From: Mobula hypostoma
Taxonomy: Eukaryota
Direction: 5' to 3'
Assembly (NCBI RefSeq): GCF_963921235.1
Contig: NC_086108.1
Span: forward strand, 93,746,001 to 93,810,000
Length of the DNA: 64,000 nt
The notes beneath the pieces are model-generated. The model saw only the letters and a list, made by a program, of their open reading frames with translations. It was not told the DNA's origin and ran no database searches. The position numbers and the translations under genes were made by a program. Below are positions 14,601 through 26,600 of the stretch, one piece after another; the stretch's first letter is position 1, and the number at the start of each line of letters is the position of its first letter.

Positions 14601-17600
14601 CGTAGGAATAATGGCTTGATACACTACAGGCTGAAGGAGAGGATGGGACAGGCTAACGGGGTTGTAAATAAATCTCAATGCACGTCAGCTCTGTTCAAAG
14701 TTCAGAGTAAATTTATTATCAGAGTACAGTTACTGTACGTCACCATATACAACCCTGAGATTCATTTTCTTGTGGGCATGCACAGTAAATACAAGAAACA
14801 CGGTAGAATGAAAGTCTGTTCCAACAGGATAGACAAACAATGTGCAAAAGACAACAAACTGTGCAAATATAAATATAAAAAATGGTGAGGAGGGCGCTAC
14901 CTGTGATGGACTGGGCCATATCCACTACTTTTTGTAGGCTTTTACGTTCATGGGCATTGGTGTTTCCATACCAGGCCATGATGCAATCAGTCAATATACT
15001 CTCCACCACACATCTACAGAAGTTTGTCAAAGTTTTAGATGACATGCCAGATCTTCCTCAATTTCTAAGAAAGCAGAGGTGCTGCTGTGCTTTCTTCATA
15101 ATGGCACTTCATAATCTGACCCAGGACAGATCCTCTGAAATGATAACACCAAGGAATTTAATGCTGCTGATCCTCTCCACTTCTGATCACCTCAATGAGA
15201 ACTGACTCATGGACCTCTGATTTCCTCCTCCTGAAATCAAAAATCAGCTCCTTGGCCTTGCTGACATTGAACGTAAGGTTGTTATAGTGGCACCAGTCAA
15301 CCAGATTTTCAATCTCCCTCCTATATACTGATTCATCACCACCTTTAATTCAGCCAATGACATTGATGTGGTCATCAAATTTAAATATGGAATTGGAGCT
15401 GTGCTTAGCCCTCCAGGTCATTGTATAAACCAAGTAGATCAGGGAAGCTAAGCACACAATCTGGTGGTGTACCTGTGCTGATGGTGATTGTGAGGAGATA
15501 TTGCTGATACTAACTAAATGGGGTCTGCAAGTGAGGAAATCAAGGATCCAGGTGTACAGGAAGTATTGAGGCCAAGATCTTGAAGCTTATTGCTTAGCTT
15601 TGAGGGGATGACGGTATTGAATGCTGAGCTGTAGTAAATGAAGATCATCCTGATGTATCCATCTTCACTGTCCAGATGTTCAAGGGTTGAGTGAAGAGCC
15701 AATGAAGTGGCTTCTGCTGGTGACCTGTTGTGATGGTTGGCCAGCTGGAGCAGATCCAAGTCGCTTCTCAAGCAGGTGTTGACGTGGTTCATCAGCAACG
15801 TCCCAGAGCACTTCATCATAATGGATGATAGTCATTGAGGCTGGTTTTCTTAAGCAACAGTATAAATTGGAGCCTACCTGAAGTAGGTGGGTATCTCAGA
15901 CTGCCAAAGTGAGAGGTTAAGAGTATTAGTGATACTAATTGTTCAGCCCATTGATCAGCACAGGTCTTTAGTACTCTGGTATCCCATCTGGGCCTGATGC
16001 TTTCTGTGGGTTCACCCCCATGAAGGATTCTCCCATGTCAGCCTCGGAGACTGAAATCACAGGGTCATCAGGGGCTCTAAGAGTTTGTGAAGGTGCCTCA
16101 ATAATTTGATGATCAAAGGTAGCATAAAAGACATTGAGCTCATCTGGGAGTGAAGCCTTATTGTCGTCTATGTCGCTTGATTTTATTTTATATGAGGGGA
16201 TTGTATTCAAGCCCTGCTACTAATGTTGAGCATCCTTCAGTGATTCAAGTTTGGTCCAGAATTGCCACTTTGCAGATAAAATGGCTTTCTAGAGATCATA
16301 CCGAGACCTCTTGTATTTTGCTTGGTCACAAAGCCTGAATGCCACTGACCTGGCCCTCAGCAGATTGTGGATCTCGTAGTTGTTTACTCAAGGAAAGTGT
16401 GAGTTATATTGAAATAAAAACAAAACATTGTTGGCAACGGAATATGTGGCGACATGCGTGGACTGTGTTGGTTGGTTGTTAGGCATTTCACTGTGTGTTG
16501 TGATGTACATCTGAATCCCAATCTGGATGCTGGAAAAACTCAGCAGATCAGGCAGCATCTGCGGAAAGAAAAACGGTCAACCTTTCAGGTCTGGAACGCT
16601 TTACCACAACTGATGTTCTTATGAGGGACCAATCAGAAACTTTTCAGGTTGAAACCCTGCATGAGGACCCACATGGTCCCGATGCACAGTTCCAACTGAA
16701 ATGTTGATAGTTCTCTTCCCCTTACGGATGCTGTTTGACCCCCTGAGTGTTCTTCCAGCAATCTGTTTGCTCCTCACTCCACGATCTGTTGATGCATTTC
16801 TTCCAAAAGAAACAATGATTAAGATGTATCTTTTATTCTTAAACTTAAACAAGCTGCATGTATATAACAGTGCTGACTGAATGCACACACATGCATAACA
16901 GCAGGCTCCAGTGAATAGAATGTGACGTTCACACTACCGAAGGGACAAGCCTTCGGGCTTGAGCGAGGACACACCTGCGTTTCTCAGAGCAGGATCGCCT
17001 GCCTGCAGCCCTGTGTGTAAGGTGCTCTGTTTCTGTCAATCTGATTCCAGGTAGCCAACTGGGCAATTGAGAAACTGGATCTCACCGAGTATGCGGATCA
17101 GACAGCTGGGACATACAGCGGAGGCAACAAACGCAAACTCTCCACGGCCATTGCCCTCATCGGCTGCCCTCCGGTGGTACTGCTGGTAGGAAACTCTGAG
17201 GCTTTTTACATTCTGACATTTGGGACTGGCACCAGAATTAAACTGTCCAGTTAACAACTCAGTGCAAAAAATTCTGTTTAAATAGTGCCCTTCGCAATCT
17301 CAGTATGTCTTAAAGATCCCCACAACTTCAGAGGTACATTTAAAGAGTTCATGGTGTTGGAACATCATTGCCAACCTATACACAGCAAACCCCATAAGAC
17401 CACAAGTCATAGGAACAGAAGGAGGCCATTCGCCCCATTGAGTCTGCTCGGCCATTCCAGCATGGCTGATTTACTATCCCCCACAACCCCATTCTCCTGC
17501 CTTCTCCGTAGCCTTTGACATCCTGACTAACCAAGAATCTACCAACCACCACTTCAAATAGACCCAATGACTTTGCTTCCACAGCCATCTGTGGCAATGA

Positions 17601-20600
17601 ATTCCACAGATTCACCACCCTCTAGCTGAAAAACTTCTACAATCAGAAATCTGATGATGACTATATAATCTGCTTATCCACGGGATGTTAGCCAGGTGCA
17701 TCTCTGCTGTTCTTTGAAAGAGTGCTGTGGGATCTGTTACATTCATCTGGAAGGGAAGGCTGAGCCTCAGTTTAACATCTCACCTGAAAGGTGCGACTCT
17801 GACAGAGCAGCTCTCCCTCGGTAGTGCACCCAGAGAGTGGGTATCAAAGCATGAAATTGTACTTCCAGTAACCTGCATGAGCTGAATTTAATTTTAATTG
17901 AAAGATAGGTGCTGTTGGTGGACTTGGGCTCGTTGAGGAGGAGGAGTGAAGAAGGGGTAGATGGATTTGCGTTGGGTGGGACATGAGGTGTAAGGGTGGA
18001 ATGTGAATGTAATTCGGCATGGGGTGGGGTTGGTGTAGGGTCAGGACTGGGCTGGGGGCAGGTGTGGAACAGAGAATGGATAAGGCGGACATCTGTCGAC
18101 GGGAACCTGGCTGATTATCTCTTTCCACTAGTGGAGAAAAAACTCTCTGAATGAAGGCAATAATGGCATCTACTGTCTTAGACTTGGAATCTAGGACCTC
18201 CTGTGTGTTGAGTTGCAAGATGGGAATTGGACCATAAAGAAAAAGATGTAACACACACAAAATGCTGGTGGAATGCAGCAGGCCAGGCAGCATCTCTAGG
18301 AAGAAGTACAGTCAACGTTTCGGGCCGAGCCTCTTCATCAGGTTTAACTGAAAGAAGAGATAGTAAGAGATTTGAGAGGGGGAAGGGGAGATCTGAAATG
18401 ATAGGAGAAGACTGGAGGGGGAGGGATGAAGGTAAGAGCTGGAAAGTTGATTGGCAAAAAGGATACAGAGCTGGAGAAGGGGGAGGATCATGGGACAGGA
18501 TGCCTAGGGAGAAAGAAAGGGGGAGGGGAGCCCAGAGGAAGATGGAGCGCAGGCAAGGAGTGATTATGAGAGGGACAGAGAGAGAAAAAAAAGGGAGGGG
18601 AAATAATAAATAAATAAATATGGGATGGGGTAAGAAGGGGCAGAGGGGCATTAACAGAAGTTAGAGAAATCAATATTCATGCCATCAGGTTGGAGGCTAC
18701 CCAGATGGAATATAAGGTGTTGTTCCTCCAACCTGTGGGTGGCTTCATCTTGACAGTAGAGGAGGCCGTGGATTGAAAAAGATGTTACCACTTTAAAATC
18801 CTTAAGAAAACTATGTAATGTGTACCTCTTCCTAGAGAGATGCTGCCTGGCCTGCTGCATTCACCAGCAACTTTGATGTGCGTTGCTTGAATTTCCAGCA
18901 CCTGCAGAATTCTTGTTGTTTGCGTAATATATACTTCCATCTCTGTTAAAATATCTGAGTAGAATGTAATAAAACTTTACCGTCCTCAGAGTCAGATTGT
19001 CAGACATTCAGAATCTCTCCTATTGAGAGAAATAGAATATTCCCAATAACGTATCTGAGAGAAACAAGACTGGTATAATTATAAGTAAACCAGTAAACTG
19101 GTTTATAATTGTCACACATACAATGAAAAACTTGTCTTGCTTACTTTTCACTCAGATCAATTCAATGCAACAGTGCATTAAGCTAGTACTTGGTAAAACA
19201 ATGACCAAGGGCACTGAGAAAGTACAGTACAGGGTCAAGATTGGTGCAAGGCCATAACGAGGAAGATTGTGAGTTCAAGAGTCATAGAAACATAGAAAAT
19301 CTACAGCACAATACAGGCCCTTCAGCCCACAAAGCCGAGCTGAACATGTACTTACTTTAGAAATTACCTAGGGTTACCCATAGCTCTCTATTTTTCTAAG
19401 CTCCATGTACCTCTCCAGGAGTCTCTTAAAGGATCCTAGCATATCCACCTCCACCACCGTCGCCAGCATCCCATTCCACGCACCCACCGCTCTCTGAGTA
19501 AAAAAATTAACCCTGACATCTCCTCTGTACCTACTCCCAAGCACCTTAACGCTGTGTCCTCTCGTGCCAGCCATTCCAGTCCTGGGAAAAAGCCTCTGAC
19601 TATCCACACAATCAATGCCCTCTTATCATGTTAGGGAAACATTTGATATTCCTATAACAGCAGGATAGAAGCAGTCCTTGAGCCTAGTGGTACATGCTCT
19701 TGTTGCTAGTGCAGATGTAAAAGTGTGCTTCAGAGCATCTTGTATCTCTTCAAAGGGCTGGAGCAACAATGCTCTGGGAACACACAAATCCAAGTTGCAC
19801 TCCATTTAGCACAGGGGCAGTTCCTGTTGTTCCTGCATTGTCATTGGGTTAGTCTCCTGGACGGGGGGGGGGGGGTGCTACTGTTTCTGGGAATCCATCA
19901 CCCCTTGGCAATAAGTCAAGGGGAAAGTTCAACATCAACACCTTGTTTTGGTGGATAGGAGTGGGCAGCAAACATGGATTTGCCAGAATCTCAACCAGCT
20001 GGAGAAAAGGATGTGTTGTTCCTCTCCACGCCTTGTGGTGCTAAGGAGCAGCATTTTTTTTTGCCCTTTCTTTTTTGTCTGTTTTTTATGAGGCCGAGTT
20101 GCTAACTCGACGTCAACCCAGCACGGATGGAACACGTGCAAGATGTGAACCTGGGCCCACTCGCTTGAAGACCGGCACAACTGCTACTGCACCACCAGCT
20201 GGCATAAGAGCGAAGGATAGAAGTTTGTAAACTTCAGTAGAACTGAATCCCAGGAGGGGGATATAGCAGGGAGTATGTACTGTGTTCATAATGAAGAACA
20301 AGGCTTGGGAAAGAAAATCATCAATTTCAAATTCAACATTGATTTGGTGCTAGCAACCATCTTGGGCAAATTGACTTTTATAACAATCAGCCAGTTATTC
20401 CTCCATTCTTTCCCGATCAGGTAAGCATCAAAAGGTGTCTGCATCATGGTTAGGGTTTCTAAGGTATTTACGTGTTCCATTAGGACGAGCCAACTACTGG
20501 GATGGATCCAAAGACTCGACGATTCCTCTGGAACTGTCTCCTTGACATTATCCGAGAAGGAAGAGCTGTGGTGTTGACCTCACACAGGTGACTAGGTTAC

Positions 20601-23600
20601 TTGGTAACCATTTATTTATCTACTTAGTGATACAGCACGGTAAACTCTGCGACCTTTAACCTAGTTCGGGGTGGTGGGGTGGAGGTTTTTCTCTAGCAAG
20701 GGAGTTGTAAGGCCCTCCTTCCCTCCGCTAGCCTGCAGGTCACCCTTGGGCAAGCTGTAGCACCTGCTTAGCCCCCAGTCCAGGTCACATAAAGCCATGG
20801 GAGCAGATGGTGAATGGTCATATCAGGAGCTGGGGCCTATCACAAGTCCTGGTTATGCGACCACAGACACCAGGCAGACAATCGCTGAAGGGTATTGATA
20901 ATGGCTGGAGTCACATGTCTTGTAAAGACACTGCCCAGAAGAAGGCAAAGGCAAACCATTTCTGTAGAAAAATTTGCCATGAACAATCATGGAAAGGCCA
21001 TGATCGCCCACGTTATACGACACGGCACATAATGAACGATCGATCCTAGTTCACACTGAATTTCACTGCTGCACAACTGGTATCCATGTCTTTAGCTGCC
21101 TAGGCATTAAAATCTAAAATTCCTTGTCAACTCGACTTCACTTATTTAGAGATACAGCACAGTAAAAGGCCCTTCCAGCCCATCGAGACTGCACTACCCA
21201 ATTATGTCATGTGACCAATTAACCTACTAACCCGTACATCTTTGGAAAGTGAGAGCACCCAGAGAAAACCGACACGATCACAGGGAGAACACACAAACTC
21301 CTTCCAGACAGCAACAGAACCGAACCTGGGTCGTTGTAATAGCTTTACTCATTGGTTAAGCAAATCGCTTTGCGCTGGTTATCTAGCGGTGACCGAATTC
21401 TCTGCTCGCTTACAGCATGGAAGAATGTGAAGCACTCTGCACGCGATTAGCCATCATGGTGAACGGCCAGTTCAAGTGTCTTGGCACCATACAGCACCTG
21501 AAGTATAAGTAGGTCCAGATTCCTGGTGTCTTCCCCGGTTGTGTTGCTACCTGGTTGAATCTACATGTATTCAGTCTAGGATTTGAGGCTACTGGAGTTG
21601 TCCAAATTCATCTTAATGAGTCTGTGCCCAGTTTTTCATACTCTTAAATCTTGGACTGAAGAGTAAAATATGTCATTTTGCATGATAGATGTAAAACTTT
21701 TCAATGTCTTTGGCAGGACAAGAAAGCATTTTGGATGTCCAGCACTTGGAATTATTTGTAGAAGAGAGTGGTTGATGTTCCAGTAGTGCTGGAATAACCT
21801 GGTACATTTCACTGAATCACGAGGTTACAGTGGATGAATTGCTCAGTCAATTCTCAAAACCCATCCATCTGAAAAAGTTAGAACTAGGAAAATTGACTGT
21901 TCCGTTGATGTTTTATGTTCCATCTGTTGATTTACTCAGCATGAAATCTGCGTCCTCCCTGGCCACTAGCGTGGTACCAGAGGAGTGGAGGATGGAAAAT
22001 GTTATACTATTCAGGAAAGGTAATGGGATTAACCCAAATCCTGGGATCTACATACCTGTGAGTCTTACATCAGTGGTGGGAAAACCATTGGAATGGATTC
22101 TTAGGGAAAGGTTTTACAAGTGTTGGGAGAGGCATAGTCTAATTAGGGATAGTCAATGTGGTTTTGTGAAGGGGAGATAATACCTCAATAGTCTAACTGA
22201 GCTTTTCGAGGAAGTGAGAAAACAAATGGATGAAAGTAGGGCGGTGGATGTGGTGTACATGGACTTTTAGTAAAGCAGGGGTGTCAAACTCATTTTAGGT
22301 CACGGGCCAGATTGGGCAAAATGCGACTTCATGCGGGCTGGATCAGCTGTGCACGGGCAGGTGCTCCCATAGCTTTCGTTGCCCTCGTTTTTTCAACCTG
22401 TTCTCATGTGTCTCAGTCCCCGCTATAACTACAAAGTGTTTCACTTTATGAATGTTGTTTCTTATGAAGGAGATTGCCTAGCAAGCATTATTTTTATGAT
22501 TGGTATTAACTTACAGTTGTAGGCTACAAGAAAGTTGTGATGAGAGAGAGCAAAAACGATACTATTTTGGCTGATTGTTTTGGGAGCCACACCTTTTCCA
22601 TTAATAAACTATTTGAAATCGAACATTGGCAGACACAAATGTAGACCTAACAAAACAAATTGTAAATGTAGGCTACACAACTGCACCTAATTTTTATTAG
22701 CCTGCTTCCAGCAATCAAACTCAGGCAATGAACATTGTTATTCTCTAATTTTTATTGAAGTGATCACATTTACAATAATAGAATAGTCAGAAGGTGAATG
22801 AATCACAATATTTCAATATTTCATCATGCATTTTGCTTACATGTTGCAGTGCATTGAACAGAGTCACTCATTTTTCATTTGCTGCTTCCAGACACCTGAC
22901 ATTTCTTGGCTTTAACCAGCCTGTCAACATCAGGGACCAGTTTCTGGGCAGTTGTGATTTTCATAATGTCATTTAGATGTCTGTGTGTCAGCTGCGAGTG
23001 CAGTTTGGATTTGTTAATATTCATTGTGGAGAACGCCTGCTCACAGAGATATGTTGTCCCGAATGTGCAAAGGATCTTTGAGGCAAAGTCTGTCATCTTG
23101 GGGTACATCGGTCCCAGGTATTGATAGAATGAGTCCAGACCCACAGTCTCAAATTTATATTTCAAAGCTGAGTTACCTGAATTTCAGTTAGTTCCATTTG
23201 GAGTTCCTCTAGCACGTCTGATGCTGCGTTGATGGCAAACGGCGAGCAAAATAGTGAGAATTCCTTCTCGAGCTGAGCGAAGACTTCGAAACGATTCTGA
23301 AACTCACATTTCAGCCATGATATTTTGTCCTTTTACCTGTCCATGTTGTCATTATTCCCATGAGCGACATGCACAGACTGCAAAGAGGGGAAGTGAGCTG
23401 GGCTGTTCCGGGATAGTTGCATCTCCCATAGGTCTGATTTAATTCGAAAGGCATGAATGCTGTGGTAGTATTCCGTAACAAGTTTGTTGTGGCCTTGCAT
23501 GTTAACATTAGGCAGATTTAAGTGCTCTGTTATATCCACCAAAAATGCAAGATCATGAAGCCAGTCTGGGTCATCCAACTCTGCCACTGGCTTCCCTTTC

Positions 23601-26600
23601 TCGTTCATGAATAGTCCAATTTCTGCACGTAATTGAAAAAAACATTTGAGCGCAACTCCTCTGCTCAACCAGCGGACTTCAGTGTGGTAGGGTAGGCCGT
23701 GTCCAGTATTACTTTCGGACAAAAGAGTGTCAAATTGCCGATGGTTGAGTCCCTTGGCTCTAATAAAATTAACCGTTTTGATTACTACGTCCATAACATT
23801 GTCCATTTTCAGGCTCCTGCTACATAACGTCTCTTGGTGTATAATACAATGAAAATTCCAGAATTCCTGCTGTGGATTCTCTGTCTGAACTTTCTCTCTG
23901 AGTTTCGCAACAACACCTAACAGGGTGACTCCAGTCAACACCCAGTCTGTTCAAGGCCTCGATGAGGCTGGAGAAAATGTCGTTCGCCGTTGTGGTGTTT
24001 GTCATGGGCACCATCTCCACAAATAAATATTCCCAATTGAGCTACATCAGTCACGTCGGTGCTCTCATCAATTGCAATAGAGAAGGCAATAAATGACTTC
24101 ACTTTGTCTTTTAGTTGACTGTTCAAATCTCCTGCAAGGTCCCCGATTCTCTCTGCCACAGTATTTCTTGACAAGCTGATATTACCAAAAGCCTGTCTCT
24201 TCTCAGGGCACACCAGCTCAGCCGCCATCAGCATGCACGCTTTGATGAATTCCCCCTCTGAGTATGGCTTCGACGCAGTCGCTACTTTGTTGGCAATAAT
24301 ATAGCTGGCCTTGACAGCTCCATCATGAGTCTCTCGACTTTTGGTGAATCGACGTCAACTTTTCTTTTTTCCTGAAAGCATTTTGAACCACAGCAGCAAA
24401 CAGTGTCAGCCTTGCTACAGCTGTTACTTACCTGAGTACTTTGTGTGTTTATACTGTGTCTGACGACACAAGTGGGGCTCTAGTGGTCTTCAGTGCAGGG
24501 TGGGGGGTGCTTATGCACAGTGGGTGGTTAACTGCCGCCTATTGTTTTCTAAGCACACACAACAAGCTGCCGGCGCAGTGGCAAGAGAGAGAGCGGCTGC
24601 CGTACAGATACATAATAAATGGTCGAGAATGTACTTTTTTTTCCCCAAATCACCCCGCGGGCCGGATTGGACCCCTTTGCGGGCCGGTAGTTTGACACCC
24701 CTGTAGCAAAGCATTTGACAAGGTTCCCCATTTGATGTTGTCCTGTTCGCTGAGTTTGGCAATTAGCTGCAGACATTTCATCACCAGCTGAGGTGACATT
24801 CTCGGTGTGCAGTTGTTGGTGTTCCTCTCTGGGAGCTCTCACATTTACACAGGCCCCCATTCGCTTGCCTCGGTCCTGATTGGCTACACCTTCAGTTGCC
24901 CGTGAATTCTATTGGCTCGTGTTTCTTTGGCTCTTAGGGGTTCGTGGATGGCGTCTATTTCGATATGTTTATTTACAGAGTTATCAGAAGAGAACCACAC
25001 TTCTAAAAATACTTGTGCCTGTTTCATGCTTACCTGTGACAGAACCTCCGCGGTGTCCCAGTTAAAGTGGTGTCCTTCTTGGTCTTCATGTACTGAGATC
25101 ACTGACAATGGATCATGTCTCCATACCGCCAGTTTGTGTTCCCGTAAAAGAATTGAGAGTTTATGTTCTGTCTGGCCGATGTAGTTCTTGTTGCAGGCTC
25201 CACAGGTGATCCCATGTCATGAGGACTTGGCTGTGCGGGTTTGGAATTAACCTGTCCACAGAAGACAGAGGCTGAAAATAAATGGAGAATATTCTGCCTG
25301 GAGGCCTGTGTCTAGTGGTGTTCCGTAAGGATCTAGTCTGGGACCCCTGATCTTTGTGACTTTTATAAATGACTGCGATGAGGAAGTGGAAGGGTGGTTC
25401 AGTAAGTTTGCAGATGACATGAAAGTTGGCGGTGTTGTGGATGTTGTAGAAGGTTGTCATAGATCATAACAGAATACAGACGGGATGGGCGGAGAAGTGG
25501 CAGATGCAGTTCAATCCGGAAAAGTGTGAAGTGATCCAATTTGGAAGATTGAACGAAGGTGGAGTACAAGGTTAATGGCAAGATTCTTAACAGTGTGGAG
25601 AAACAGAAGGATCTTGGGGTCCATGTACACAGATCCCTCAAAGCCACAGCAAAGTCGCAAGTTGATAGGGTGGTTAAGAACGTGTTTAGTGTGTGCTGGC
25701 TTCCATTAGTCAGGGGATTGAGTTCAAGAGCTGTGAGGTTATACTGCAGCTCAATAAAGTTATGGGTAGGCCACACTTAGAGAACTGTGTTCAGTTCTGG
25801 CTGCCTTATTATAGGAAGAATGTGGAAACTTTAGAGAGAGTGCAGAGTAGATTTACCAGGATGCTGACTGGATTAGACAATATGCCTTATGTGTAAAGGT
25901 TCAGTGAGCTCGCATTTTTCTCTTTGGAGTGACAGAAGATGAGAGGGGACTTGATGGGTTGTACAATATGATAAGAGGAATAGATGGAGTGGACAGCCTG
26001 AACCTTTTTTTCCCAGGAGGGCAATGGCCAACAGCAGAGGACATCCTTTTAAGGTCAGTGAAGGAAATTATAGGGGAGATGTCAGAGGTAGGCTTATTTG
26101 TCACAAAGAGACTAATGGAATGCTCTGCCTGGGGTCATGGTCGTGGCAGATACATCGGGGCATATAAAAGAATCCCAGGTAGGCACTTGGATATATGAAA
26201 AATAGAGTGAAGGGTTAGATTGACAGCAGAGTAGGTTTATATAGACTAGTATAACATTGCGTGCCAAAGGGACAGTCTGTTCTGTAGGATTCTTTGACAT
26301 TTCCTTAAAGAGTAACATGTCATTCATTGATCAAGAATGAGTCTGTACAATTAGGAAAGTAATTATAATGTATACTGCCGATTCACTTTGTGCTTAATAG
26401 GTTTGGAGACGGTTACGTGGTGACGCTGAAGATTAAAAGTAGTACTCCCGGAGCTTCACCTGACCTGAATGCCGTAGAAACTTTTATCAAGAGCAACTTT
26501 CCCGACAGTCTGCAAATAGAGAAGCATCACAACACCATCCAGTACCAGCTGTCTTCATCATCATTAGCCAAAATCTTCCAGTTACTGATGTCCAACAAGG

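Larger units (their letters stand above)
21945..26290 (+). mobile_element. Degenerate CR1 LINE hosting a hAT transposon and a Penelope fragment
   Basis: [22 protein letters not shown] split by the hAT; resumes at ~25210 with KFADD..VGG, RPHLE.CVQFW. Confidence 0.8.

Noticed and set aside
22875..24358. Possible domesticated transposase gene (GTF2IRD2/EPM2AIP1-like)
   Set aside because: Multiple frameshifts, with TIRs and TSD present, mark a dead transposon copy.
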